64,000 nt of DNA from Faecousia sp. (GCA_045653245.1 JAZOLS010000029.1:2190-66189), one strand, 5' to 3'. Shown: positions 26,334 through 35,760, numbered from the stretch's first letter. Translations and numbers: made by a program. The notes: generated by a model not told the origin, from the sequence alone.

Positions 26334-26458
26334 TGGATTCGAAAGGACGGAACCAGTCCGCAGACTGGTGTAAAAAGTGTCCACTGGACACTTTTTAGGC
26401 CTTGGGAGAATCCATTGATCCCGGAACGCAGTCTGTAGGACTGTGGGTGGGGATCAAT
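26334..26458. repeat. Multi-hairpin palindromic element downstream of tRNA
   Basis: TGGATTC...GAATCCA termini enclosing ACCAGTC/GACTGGT and TAAAAAGTGTCCA-C-TGGACACTTTTTA; further stem ATTGATCCC/GGGATCAAT. Confidence 0.6.
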
Positions 26459-26480
26459 CTCGAGAATGCACCGAGGATCA

Positions 26481-28481
26481 CTATTTCTGTTCTTTTCTTC
26501 GTTTTTGAATTTTCCGCAGCATCACGCCGGTACGGCTGGGCAAATAAATTTGAAAACCGATCCGCCCGTCTGTATGGGTTTCTGCCCTATAATTCATATG
26601 CGCAATACGGCCATGACCGCCATAACAATAATCGTCCGTAGACAGGACCACCTGATACTCCCCTTCCTCTGCCATCGGCACAAAGTAACCGTCGTAGGAA
26701 CGGCAAGGATCAAAGTTAAATGCAAAAGTTGCATCGCCCTTTTGATAGACCAGCACATTATCCCCATTATGAACAAGCAACTGCTTGTCCTGTGCGGCAA
26801 TAACACGATGCTTTTTCGCTGCCGTAACCATATCCTTTTCAAAGGCGCGCAGGTATTGGTATTTCAGGTTGGGATTGTCCGCAAGACTCCACTGACGGCG
26901 GCAGTAATGGTAACTCCAGCCGTTACCTTCTCGGGGGAAGTCGATCCATTCGGGATGTCCAAATTCGTTACCCATGAAGGTCAGATATCCCTCGCCGCCC
27001 AGGGTCATGGTCAGCAATCGGAGCATTTTGTGGATGGCCATCCCACGATCAATAATCGGGCTGTTGTTCCAAGTATCCATGGCCCAATACATTTCCTGGT
27101 CGCACAGGCGGAACATGAGGGTCTTATCCCCAACCAGTGCCTGGTCATGGGATTCGCAATAACCGATGACCTTCTCTCTCGGCCAGCGGTTAGTCAGTTC
27201 ATAATAGATATGCCCAAAGTCCCAGTCTTCGTCCTTGCGCTCTTTCAGTAAGCGGATCCACATATCCGGCACGCCCATGGCAAGGCGGTAATCAAAGCCG
27301 ATGCCACCATCTTTGATGGGCAGGCACATGCCGGGCATAGCAGACATATCCTCCGCGATCAGAATCGCATTGGGATTGACTTCTTTTACCAGATCGGCAG
27401 CCAGTTGCAGGTAGGTCACCGCTTCGGTATCGGTATTCATGGAAAAATACAGTTCCGGACCTGTAAAGGCCGTGCCCAAACCGTGATCGTGGTACAGCAT
27501 GGACGTGACACCGTCGAAACGGAAGCCGTCAAAGTGGTACTCTTCCATCCAGAATTTCAAATTGGAAAGCAGGAAGTGGATGACCTCGTGTTTTCCGTAG
27601 TTAAAACACTTGGTATCCCATGCGCTGTGATCACCCCGAGGGCCGTCATGGAAGAACTGATAGGAAGTGCCGTCAAATTTATTGATACCCTCCCGGGTAT
27701 TCTTGGATGCATGGGAATGGACAACGTCTAAAAGCACCGCAATGCCCATTTCATGGGCGCTATTGACCAACGCTTTCAAATCTTCCGGCATGCCAAACCG
27801 GGAAGATGCGGCAAAGAAATTGGTTACTTGGTAGCCAAAAGATGCATAGTAGGGATGCTCCATAATGGCCATGATCTGAATGGTATTATACCCCAGGTCT
27901 TTGATCCGCGGCAATACATTTTCCCGAAACTCGGCATACGTGCCCACCTTGCCCTCTTCCTGGGCCATACCGATGTGGCATTCGTAGATCAGCAGTTTCT
28001 TTTCGGGCTTGAATTCTGCATCCGTCCAGGGGAAATCCGCCATTTTGTGCACTACTGCATTCCAGCCATAGGTATAGGGATCCTGAACCACCCGGGTAGC
28101 GTACAGAGGGATGCGTTCCAGTTCCTGTCCGTTACGAACCACGATGGTCATCACACGCTGATCGTTTTGCAGGGCATCCACACCGGGCAGGAACAGCTCA
28201 TAAACACCACCACCCAAATTGGTCATGGGATGGGCATAGCGATTCCAACCGCAAAAATCACCGGTCAGATACAGCGCATCCGCACCGGGTGCCCATTCAC
28301 GATAGTACCAGCCATTCTGCGCAGGATGGATACCAAAGTAACGATGTCCGTTGGCAAAATCCGATAGTGTTCCGCCAGCAAGCAAATTTGCTTTGGTTTT
28401 CTTATAGTTGCGCATACGCAAGTCCAGATCCTCCGCAAAAGGCGCAAGGCAAGGATTCATTTTGATGATCTTCAGTGCCAT
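26481..28481 (-). CDS. glgB: 1,4-alpha-glucan branching enzyme (GH13, eukaryote-like subtype)
   Basis: YREWAPGA, HPYYASFGYQVTNFFAASSRFG, DVVHSHAS, FDGFRFDGVTSMLY, IAED, ESHDQALVGDKT, GNEFGHPEWIDFPR. Confidence 0.92.
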   Translation of the reverse strand: MALKIIKMNPCLAPFAEDLDLRMRNYKKTKANLLAGGTLSDFANGHRYFGIHPAQNGWYYREWAPGADALYLTGDFCGWNRYAHPMTNLGGGVYELFLPGVDALQNDQRVMTIVVRNGQELERIPLYATRVVQDPYTYGWNAVVHKMADFPWTDAEFKPEKKLLIYECHIGMAQEEGKVGTYAEFRENVLPRIKDLGYNTIQIMAIMEHPYYASFGYQVTNFFAASSRFGMPEDLKALVNSAHEMGIAVLLDVVHSHASKNTREGINKFDGTSYQFFHDGPRGDHSAWDTKCFNYGKHEVIHFLLSNLKFWMEEYHFDGFRFDGVTSMLYHDHGLGTAFTGPELYFSMNTDTEAVTYLQLAADLVKEVNPNAILIAEDMSAMPGMCLPIKDGGIGFDYRLAMGVPDMWIRLLKERKDEDWDFGHIYYELTNRWPREKVIGYCESHDQALVGDKTLMFRLCDQEMYWAMDTWNNSPIIDRGMAIHKMLRLLTMTLGGEGYLTFMGNEFGHPEWIDFPREGNGWSYHYCRRQWSLADNPNLKYQYLRAFEKDMVTAAKKHRVIAAQDKQLLVHNGDNVLVYQKGDATFAFNFDPCRSYDGYFVPMAEEGEYQVVLSTDDYCYGGHGRIAHMNYRAETHTDGRIGFQIYLPSRTGVMLRKIQKRRKEQK

Positions 28482-28498
28482 GGTATACCTCCTTTGTA

Positions 28499-29155
28499 CT
28501 AACCCAACTGTTGTTCATTAATGATCAGTTTGAACTGCAGACCCAGTTTTTCTGCAGCCGCACGGCACAGCAGCATGCGGTTTGTAAAAATTGTAAAATA
28601 GTCAAGTACCGGGCTGAAATGGGTATCCACATTGAGTTTCAGTTTTACATTCGTCTTTGCTTCGTTGATCTTCAGTTCAGACTTGGTAACGGAATAGTTC
28701 ACCCGGTCATGAATATCGAAATCCGCGATCTCCTTGGTGCGCACACGGCTGCGGCGCACATCGGACTTGTCCGCCAGGATCAGTGCCGCTGCCAGGTCAT
28801 TGACAGGCACACCGGTTCCCTCATCGTGGTTGCCGATGGCAGTCACGATCATAGAGATCTCCTCCGGTGGGAAATCCAGACGATCCAACAGACGAAATGC
28901 CATAATCGCACCACTTTGGCTGTGATCCACCCGGTTGACCAGGTTGCCGATATCATGCAGATATCCTGCGATTTTACCCAATTCCACCATTCGCGGATCA
29001 TGACCCATAATCTGTAAGATATATCCGGTCATTTCCGCCACGCGACCAACATGGGCAAAACTGTGCTCTGTGTAACCCAGCGCCGCCAAAGAGGCATCCG
29101 CCTGGGAAATATATGTCCGCACGGCATCGATCTTTTTGATTTCTTCGTAAGTCAT
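28499..29155 (-). CDS. HD-domain phosphohydrolase
   Basis: GYTEHSFAH, YLHDIGN, GNHDE, LILADKSD. Confidence 0.85.
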   Translation of the reverse strand: MTYEEIKKIDAVRTYISQADASLAALGYTEHSFAHVGRVAEMTGYILQIMGHDPRMVELGKIAGYLHDIGNLVNRVDHSQSGAIMAFRLLDRLDFPPEEISMIVTAIGNHDEGTGVPVNDLAAALILADKSDVRRSRVRTKEIADFDIHDRVNYSVTKSELKINEAKTNVKLKLNVDTHFSPVLDYFTIFTNRMLLCRAAAEKLGLQFKLIINEQQLG

Positions 29156-29245
29156 AATTTCTCCTTCACCGCAAACGCAATTGCTTGGCTTTCATACACC
29201 ATTACTATACACCATTTTCGCAGAAATGAAAAGGGATATTTGCGC

Positions 29246-29274
29246 AAAAGGCACAGCAAATCGCTGTGCCTTTT
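29246..29274 (-). terminator. Intrinsic terminator after asparagine synthetase
   Basis: AAAAGGCACAGC-AAATC-GCTGTGCCTTTT. Confidence 0.75.
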
Positions 29275-29277
29275 CTG

Positions 29278-31095
29278 TCAGAATATAAGATCGATATTGT
29301 AATACTCCAGCCAGGTATTGATTTGCAACAGATAAGCAATGGTCTGTGGTCTGCGCATGAGTTGCCCGTACCAGGGCCATGTGGGCTCTTCGTCCAGCAC
29401 CCGTCGCACGGCATCCCGGGAAACCAGTTGGAAGAGTGGAGCGCTTTTCTGCTCAAGCAACTGCTCCATTTTTGCCGTAACCAGTGAAAGGTATTTGGGA
29501 TCCATAGTTTTGGGGTAGGGACTCTTTTTTCGCCACAGCACTTCTTCAGGCAGAATGCCTGCCATGGCAGTACGAAGCAATCCTTTTTCCTTACCTTTAT
29601 GATCTTTGAATGCCCATGGCACGCCATACAGATACTCTGCAATGCGATAATCGCAGAACGGCACACGCACTTCTAAACCTGAATACATGCTCATACGGTC
29701 TTTTCTATCCAGAAGCGTCTGCATAAACCACCGCAAATTGAGATTAACCATTTGCTTCATCCGTACCTCAGTAAGCTCCGTTCCGGGAAGAATGTCGCTT
29801 TCCCGGCAGGTTTTTTCATACTGGTCCTGGACATAGGCATCTGCGTCCAGTTTCTCTCTAAGGCCAGGAACCATAAGCCCTATGCGATAGGTGGTATTTT
29901 GCGCCCAGGGGAATCCTTCCCGGTTACGCACTTCCGGATCCCGATACCAGGGATATCCACCAAATATCTCATCCGCACATTCCCCAGACAAAGCAACCGT
30001 CACATGGGGCTTAATTTGCCGGCAAAAGGCCAGCAAAGAAAAATCCACATCCGCCATCCCCGGCAGATCTCTTGCAAGCGTTGCGTTTTCTAATTCCGCC
30101 ACCAGGTCATCCGGTGACAGAATACACCAATGATGATCCGTGTGAAATGCCTTTTGCATCATGCGGATATATGCTCCGTCGGAATTCGGTTGAAATTTGT
30201 TGGGAACAAAATACTTTTCACTGTCCACATAGTCTACAGAGAAAGTTGGTAATCTTTTGTTACCCAGCTTTTTGGCGCAGATGGCCGTGATCAGGCTGGA
30301 ATCCAGGCCACCGGAAAGAAAAGTACCTATAGGAACATCGGATACTGTCTGCCGAAGTACGGCATCCAGCACCAATTCCCGTACCCGGGCCGCTGTGTCT
30401 TCAAAATTCTCTGTGTGCTCCCGGTCAAGGAGTTTCCAGTATCGCCATATGTGCAAACGCCCATTCTCAAAATAGGCGCACGCACCCGGTTCCAGTTCCC
30501 GGATTTCATGAAGCACACCACTTCCAGGCACTCTCCCAGGGCCAAGTAAAAGGACCTGCGATGCACCCTCTGCATCCAGTTCTGCCCTCATAGATGGATA
30601 TGCCAGGATGGTTTTGATCTCCGATGCAAAAATCAATTCACCATTTTTCTGTGCAAAAAACAGTGGTTTTACGCCCATCCGATCCCGGGCAAGAAACAGT
30701 CTTTTCCGATTCTTCTCCCATACAGCAAAGGCATAAATGCCATTAAGTTTCGTAAGACAGTCTGCACCCCATTGGGCATAGCAATGTAGCAATACTTCCG
30801 TATCGGAGTGTCCCTCGAAAGTATGGCCCAGTTGTTCCAATTCTCTGCGCAGTTCCGGCACATTGTAAAGTTCTCCGTTGTAAACGATGGTATATGTTTT
30901 GCCGTTTTTGCAATAAGTCATTGGTTGGTGTCCGCCCTCCGGGTCAATCACAGCAAGCCGTGCGTGCAACAGAACCCCGTCTTCTATTGCGCATATCCCC
31001 GTCGCATCCGGACCTCTCCGGGTCATGGTGCTAAGCATTTTCATGCGTATTCCATCCGAGTCCTGCATTCCGATAAATCCCGCGATCGCGCACAT
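29278..31095 (-). CDS. asnB: Asparagine synthetase, glutamine-hydrolysing (AsnO-like)
   Basis: N-terminal MC (Ntn), RRGPD, YNGELYN, FLSGGLDSS, LSGECADEIFGGY, EVRVPF; mother-cell-type -10 CATAGGAT upstream. Confidence 0.92.
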   Translation of the reverse strand: MCAIAGFIGMQDSDGIRMKMLSTMTRRGPDATGICAIEDGVLLHARLAVIDPEGGHQPMTYCKNGKTYTIVYNGELYNVPELRRELEQLGHTFEGHSDTEVLLHCYAQWGADCLTKLNGIYAFAVWEKNRKRLFLARDRMGVKPLFFAQKNGELIFASEIKTILAYPSMRAELDAEGASQVLLLGPGRVPGSGVLHEIRELEPGACAYFENGRLHIWRYWKLLDREHTENFEDTAARVRELVLDAVLRQTVSDVPIGTFLSGGLDSSLITAICAKKLGNKRLPTFSVDYVDSEKYFVPNKFQPNSDGAYIRMMQKAFHTDHHWCILSPDDLVAELENATLARDLPGMADVDFSLLAFCRQIKPHVTVALSGECADEIFGGYPWYRDPEVRNREGFPWAQNTTYRIGLMVPGLREKLDADAYVQDQYEKTCRESDILPGTELTEVRMKQMVNLNLRWFMQTLLDRKDRMSMYSGLEVRVPFCDYRIAEYLYGVPWAFKDHKGKEKGLLRTAMAGILPEEVLWRKKSPYPKTMDPKYLSLVTAKMEQLLEQKSAPLFQLVSRDAVRRVLDEEPTWPWYGQLMRRPQTIAYLLQINTWLEYYNIDLIF

Positions 31096-31148
31096 AGTAC
31101 CCCCTCCTTTTATCGCATTATCCTATGCAGATTTCTAAATTTTGGCAC

Positions 31149-31177
31149 GAATGATTTGAGAGGTACACCGCATAATA
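31149..31177 (+). promoter_or_regulatory. sigG promoter
   Basis: GAATG-17-CATAATA fits GHATR-17/18-CATWHTA. Confidence 0.7.
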
Positions 31178-31193
31178 AGCCCAGGTGATGAAA

Positions 31194-31622
31194 ATGAAAG
31201 ACAGCAAAGATATTCTCTCTTCCCTGCTGAAAACCACCCAAATGGGTCAGGTAGGGATCCGCAGTGTAGAAAAAGCCGCCAACGGCACACAGTTGAAAAG
31301 AGCTTTAAAATCCCAACTGGATGAGTATAATACCATCGAACAGGAAGCCTATGCATTGGCCGCAGAGAGAGGCTGGAAACTTAGCGAACTGAATCCTATG
31401 GCCCGGACTATGGCGGACATGGCCAGCCGCAGCAAACTGATGTATAATAAAAACGATTCCCGTATTGCAGAGATGATGGTCCAGGGCAACACTCGGGGTG
31501 TCATCAAAAGTCTGAAAAATCTGCACCGGTATCATCAGAATGACGGGCAGGTAACAGCCATGGCGCAAAGACTTCTGGACTGTGAAAACAACAATATCAA
31601 GCAAATGGAAGGCTTCCTGTAA
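31194..31622 (+). CDS. All-alpha (ferritin-like) hypothetical protein, probably forespore-expressed
   Basis: KTTQMG...QLDEY...SRIAEMMVQGNTRG...ENNNIKQM four-helix pattern; RBS AGGTG; terminator 31609..31635. Confidence 0.7.
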   Translation: MKDSKDILSSLLKTTQMGQVGIRSVEKAANGTQLKRALKSQLDEYNTIEQEAYALAAERGWKLSELNPMARTMADMASRSKLMYNKNDSRIAEMMVQGNTRGVIKSLKNLHRYHQNDGQVTAMAQRLLDCENNNIKQMEGFL

Positions 31623-31636
31623 GGAGGCCTTTTTTG

Positions 31637-31664
31637 CACACTTGCATGAACACAGACATATAAT
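31637..31664 (+). promoter_or_regulatory. sigK promoter of the sleC locus
   Basis: CACA-16-CATATAAT. Confidence 0.7.
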
Positions 31665-31693
31665 AGTGCGAAGTATGAAAGGAGTTGATCATT

Positions 31694-32074
31694 CTGCCAG
31701 CAACCGGGTACTTACAGGTGCATGCCTATGCAAGTTACGCGCAGATACCCCTGCAGGATGTGACGGTCACCATTACCGCAACCGACGGGACCGCCATTGC
31801 CATGCGGCTGACGGACCGAAGTGGCCGTATTGTTCCCGTTCCCATCGTTGTACCGGATCGTTCGGAAAGTCTGTCGCCTGATCCTGCGGAACGCCCATAC
31901 GCAGTCGTCAATCTCATAGCCAGACTGAAAGATTATGAGCAGATCTTCGTAGACGACGTGCAAATTTTCGCAGATGTTACAACGGAGCAGGAACTTCCCA
32001 TGATCCCGCTATCTGAACTTCCAGACAGCAGGAATAAGTCAGAAACGTTCCAAACCTCCACTCAAAACTTATAA
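31694..32074 (+). CDS. Stand-alone homolog of the SleC N-terminal pre/pro region (beta-sandwich)
   Basis: GYLQVHAY..IPLQDVTVTI..TDRSG..PY..V..DY..VQIF..Q; no ATG near RBS AAAGGAG, CTG at 31694 most likely start (TTG 31685 abuts the RBS). Confidence 0.7.
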   Translation: MPATGYLQVHAYASYAQIPLQDVTVTITATDGTAIAMRLTDRSGRIVPVPIVVPDRSESLSPDPAERPYAVVNLIARLKDYEQIFVDDVQIFADVTTEQELPMIPLSELPDSRNKSETFQTSTQNL

Positions 32075-32086
32075 AGGGGGATCAAA

Positions 32087-33346
32087 ATGCCACCTGTTGT
32101 TCTTCCTGCCATACCCCAACAGATCACGGTGCATTTGGGCGCGCCGTCGTCGTATGCGGCCAATGTGACCGTACCTTTTATTGACTATGTAAAAAATGTC
32201 GCCTCCAGCGAAATCTATCCTACTTGGGATGACAGTGCTCTGCAAGCCAATATTTTGGCCATCGTATCCTTTGCGCTGAATCGGGTATATACTGAATTTT
32301 ACCGAAGCCGGGGTTATGATTTCGACATCACAAACAATACCGCCTTTGACCAAGCCTTCGTCAATGGCCGCAGTTATTTTGACCGCATTTCCCGTCAGGT
32401 AGACACATTCTTTAACGATTATTTGCGCCGACCGGGTTTTGTTGAGCCACTCGCCGCAAAGTTCTGCAACGGCACGACTGTTACCTGCGAGGGTCTGAGC
32501 CAATGGGGCAGCCAAAATCTAGCGGAGCGCGGCCTTGACTATGTTCAGATCCTCCGAAATTATTACGGAAACGTGGAGATCGTTAGCAATGCGCCCATCC
32601 GTGGGATTACATCTTCGTATCCCGGCACACCTTTGCGCCGGGGCAGTTCCGGCCCGGCAGTCGTAGTGATACAGGTTGAATTAAACCGCATTGCGCAAAA
32701 CTATCCTGCCATCCCGAAACTCGCCACAGTTGATGGGATATACGGCAGTCGCACAGAAGCTTCCGTCCGCAGATTCCAGGAGATTTTCGACCTGACGCCC
32801 GATGGGGTCGTGGGCAAAGCCACATGGTACGCTCTGGTACGCATTTACACAGCCGTCACGAGGCTGTCGGAACTGCGCAGTCAAGGCCAGCAGTTCTATT
32901 CCATAAGTTGGGAATATCCCGACCCCATCCAAGAGGGCGACACCGGCGACAAGGTTCGGCATTTGCAATATATGCTGTCAGTACTGTCTGCCTACATCAA
33001 AAACATTCCCTCTGTGGCAGTTGACGGCATATTTGGCCCAGCAACCCGGGATGCGGTGGTTGCCGCGCAGCGTTGGTTGGGCCTGCCGGAAACCGGCCAG
33101 GTGGATGATCGAACCTGGGATGAGATCTACGACCAATTTGCAGGAATTGAAAATACCAGCCTGCGCGACGGCGAAGTTTTCCCTGCTATCCGTCCCATCA
33201 ACGGACAAAGGCAGGGAGCTGTACAGGCATTTGCACCTAATAATAACCGCACCCGTTACGCCCAGTCCACCACATTGACACAATTCCCAGGGGAAGATCT
33301 GCGCGCAGGCAGACAGGACCCGGTATCCCAGGAGGTGATCCGATGA
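32087..33346 (+). CDS. sleC: SleC-type spore cortex-lytic enzyme: catalytic domain plus peptidoglycan-binding domains
   Basis: ITVHLGAP, FIDYVKNVASSEIYPTW, LNRVYTEFYRSRGYDFDIT, LSQWGS, ILRNYYG; PG-binding VDGIYG..FQEIF..DGVVGKATW. Confidence 0.85.
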   Translation: MPPVVLPAIPQQITVHLGAPSSYAANVTVPFIDYVKNVASSEIYPTWDDSALQANILAIVSFALNRVYTEFYRSRGYDFDITNNTAFDQAFVNGRSYFDRISRQVDTFFNDYLRRPGFVEPLAAKFCNGTTVTCEGLSQWGSQNLAERGLDYVQILRNYYGNVEIVSNAPIRGITSSYPGTPLRRGSSGPAVVVIQVELNRIAQNYPAIPKLATVDGIYGSRTEASVRRFQEIFDLTPDGVVGKATWYALVRIYTAVTRLSELRSQGQQFYSISWEYPDPIQEGDTGDKVRHLQYMLSVLSAYIKNIPSVAVDGIFGPATRDAVVAAQRWLGLPETGQVDDRTWDEIYDQFAGIENTSLRDGEVFPAIRPINGQRQGAVQAFAPNNNRTRYAQSTTLTQFPGEDLRAGRQDPVSQEVIR

Positions 33347-33879
33347 GACCAAATGAATCTTTCGTAGGTCAGCCGGTGCGCAGTCTGCAAACTATGCTCC
33401 GGGTAATTGCGGAAAATGACGATCTGCAACCAAGTGTGATCCCCGATGGTATTTACGGCCCAAATACTGTAACTGCTGTTTCCACATTTCAGCGTCGGAA
33501 TGGATTGCCCGTAACAGGGGTTACAGATCAAGATACATGGGATCGGATCGTTGCGGTTTATGAGCCTGCTCTGGTAGCCGTTGGACCTGTTGAGCCTTTG
33601 GAGATCATTTTGGAACCTAGGCAAGTGATTCGTCAGGGAGAATCCAATCCGAATATTTACCTGGTTCAGGCCATGCTCATTGTCCTCTCTGAAGCATATA
33701 GCAGCATTACAGCTCCGGCTGTTACCGGTGTTTTGGATATTCCAACCGCCAATGCACTCACAGAGTTTCAAATATTGACGCTTTTGCCTGCCACCGGAGA
33801 ATTGGACCGGGAAACATGGAAGAATCTTGCCTTGCATTATCCCATGGCAACGATTCCAAAAAGAGAAGAAAATTCGTAA
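33343..33879 (+). CDS. Peptidoglycan-binding domain protein
   Basis: VRSLQTML..DGIYGPNT..FQRRNGLPVTG..TW, repeated twice; ATGA overlap with sleC stop. Confidence 0.85.
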   Translation: MRPNESFVGQPVRSLQTMLRVIAENDDLQPSVIPDGIYGPNTVTAVSTFQRRNGLPVTGVTDQDTWDRIVAVYEPALVAVGPVEPLEIILEPRQVIRQGESNPNIYLVQAMLIVLSEAYSSITAPAVTGVLDIPTANALTEFQILTLLPATGELDRETWKNLALHYPMATIPKREENS

Positions 33880-33981
33880 ACTTTCTATTAAATTCCTTTT
33901 TCCCACTTGATTATCCTGACAGCATTTACTATAATATACTGTACTGTACAGATCGCCTAGCGATCATCGGAGGAAATGGGA

Positions 33982-34581
33982 ATGTTTATCAAAGACTGGA
34001 AGAAAGATTTCTTTACAATTCCAAATATGCTTAGTCTGTTTCGTCTGCTGTTGATCCCGGTTTATATCGTGATCTATCTCAACGCTGAAAACGATGTAGA
34101 CTACTACATTGCCGGCGGAATTTTGGCAGTTTCCTGTCTGACGGACATGATCGACGGGCAAATCGCGCGGCACTTCAACATGATCTCTACCATTGGCAAG
34201 ATCCTGGACCCCCTGGCTGATAAGGTTACCCAGTTTTCTCTGATCGTTTGTCTTGCCATTGAGTATCCTGTACTCATACCGCTGATGGTGCTGTTTTTCA
34301 TCAAGGAAGTATTCCAGTTGATTGCCGGACTGCTTACCCTGCGCAAGGGACAGATGCTTGCAGGCGCCCTGATCACTGGCAAGATCTCCACTGCTGTTCT
34401 GTTTGTCAGTTTGATCGTACTGGTCATGTTTCCGAAAATGAATCCTGTGGCTGTGAATATCATTATGGTCGTAGACGGTATTTTGCTTCTGATCGCATTT
34501 TTGCATTATGCTATCACCTATTTCACCCACGGCGCCATGATCCAAAAGTTGGACCAGAGCGAAACGGAAGAGAATGCATAA
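33982..34581 (+). CDS. pgsA: CDP-alcohol phosphatidyltransferase (PgsA-like)
   Basis: TIPNMLSLFR, DMIDGQIAR...GKILDPLADK; start 33982 by RBS spacing. Confidence 0.85.
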   Translation: MFIKDWKKDFFTIPNMLSLFRLLLIPVYIVIYLNAENDVDYYIAGGILAVSCLTDMIDGQIARHFNMISTIGKILDPLADKVTQFSLIVCLAIEYPVLIPLMVLFFIKEVFQLIAGLLTLRKGQMLAGALITGKISTAVLFVSLIVLVMFPKMNPVAVNIIMVVDGILLLIAFLHYAITYFTHGAMIQKLDQSETEENA

Positions 34582-34585
34582 AACT

Positions 34586-34615
34586 AACCCCCAACCTTGC
34601 GTTGGGGGTTTCTTT
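34586..34615. terminator. Terminator after pgsA (possibly bidirectional)
   Basis: AACCCCCAAC-CTTGC-GTTGGGGGTT-TCTTT. Confidence 0.75.
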
Positions 34616-34760
34616 GGATATTGACCGCTTGGAAAAGTGTCACAGACGCACCGTCGCCATATCCGCAGATCTTTCCGCGGCATCGGATTGCCCCATTTCC
34701 CGTTCTCCGATCGCAGTATACCATATTGCGGTTGAGAAGACTCGGGAAATCTGTTGGCAG

Positions 34761-34796
34761 AAAAACACCGGCGCATTTTGAACTGCGCCGATGTTT
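34761..34796 (-). terminator. metA terminator
   Basis: Minus strand AAACATCGGCGCA...TGCGCCGGTGTTTTT. Confidence 0.75.
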
Positions 34797-34798
34797 AT

Positions 34799-35728
34799 TT
34801 ACGGGTTTTCATTACCGATGGTCATGATGTCGTAAGGTGTGGTCTGATATACGAAATAGTTCAGCCAGTTGGAGAACAGCAAATTTGCATGACCGCGCCA
34901 ACGGACAAGGGGTTCGCAAGTATCATCATCATTTGGGAAATAATTTTCCGGCACTGCAATGGGCAGGCCCTGGTTCTTATCCCGCAGATACTCTGTTTTT
35001 AATGTTTCGGGATCGTACTCAGAATGTCCGGTGACAAAAATCTGACGACCACCTTTGTTGGCAACTGCATAAACACCTGCTTTTTCAGAGGATGCCAAAA
35101 TTTTCAGTTCCGGGATGGCTTCAATGTCCGCACGGGAAACGGTGGTATGCCTGGAATGGGGCACCCAAAACTTATCGTCAAAACCACGAAGCAGAATGGA
35201 TCGTTTATATTCCACCCGATGAGAAAACACGCCAAAGAGTTTTTCGGGCAGTCGTTGCTTACCGATGCCGTAGTGATAGTAAAGGCCAGCCTGCGCACCC
35301 CAGCAAATGTGGAAGGTAGAATGCACATGGGTCTTGCTCCACTCCATGATTTTACAAAGTTCTTGCCAGTAGTCCACATCTTCAAAATCCATCAGTTCCA
35401 CCGGCGCGCCGGTGATCACCATGCCGTCAAACTTCCGGTCTTTCAGTTCATCGAAACTCTTGTAAAAAGACAGCAGATGCTCCTGAGACACATTCTTGGA
35501 CTTGTGGGAACTGGTGTGCATCAATTCCAGATTGACTTGCAAAGGGGTATTGCCCAAAAGACGGCTGAGTTGTGTTTCGGTTTCGATCTTTGTGGGCATC
35601 AAATTCAATAGTACGATCTCGAGAGGGCGAATATCCTGGGTAATTGCCCGGTTTTGGGGCATGACAAAGATATTCTCCTGCTGCAGCGTTCCGGCTGCCG
35701 GAAGATCATTGGGGATACGAATGGGCAA
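34799..35728 (-). CDS. metA: Homoserine O-acyltransferase, MetA family, predicted acetyl-CoA specific
   Basis: [32 protein letters not shown]; TTG start 35728; promoter TTGACA-17-TAAAAT at 35758..35786. Confidence 0.95.
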   Translation of the reverse strand: MPIRIPNDLPAAGTLQQENIFVMPQNRAITQDIRPLEIVLLNLMPTKIETETQLSRLLGNTPLQVNLELMHTSSHKSKNVSQEHLLSFYKSFDELKDRKFDGMVITGAPVELMDFEDVDYWQELCKIMEWSKTHVHSTFHICWGAQAGLYYHYGIGKQRLPEKLFGVFSHRVEYKRSILLRGFDDKFWVPHSRHTTVSRADIEAIPELKILASSEKAGVYAVANKGGRQIFVTGHSEYDPETLKTEYLRDKNQGLPIAVPENYFPNDDDTCEPLVRWRGHANLLFSNWLNYFVYQTTPYDIMTIGNENP

Positions 35729-35760
35729 AGAAATCACTCCTAAGAGATTTTGGAAGTATT

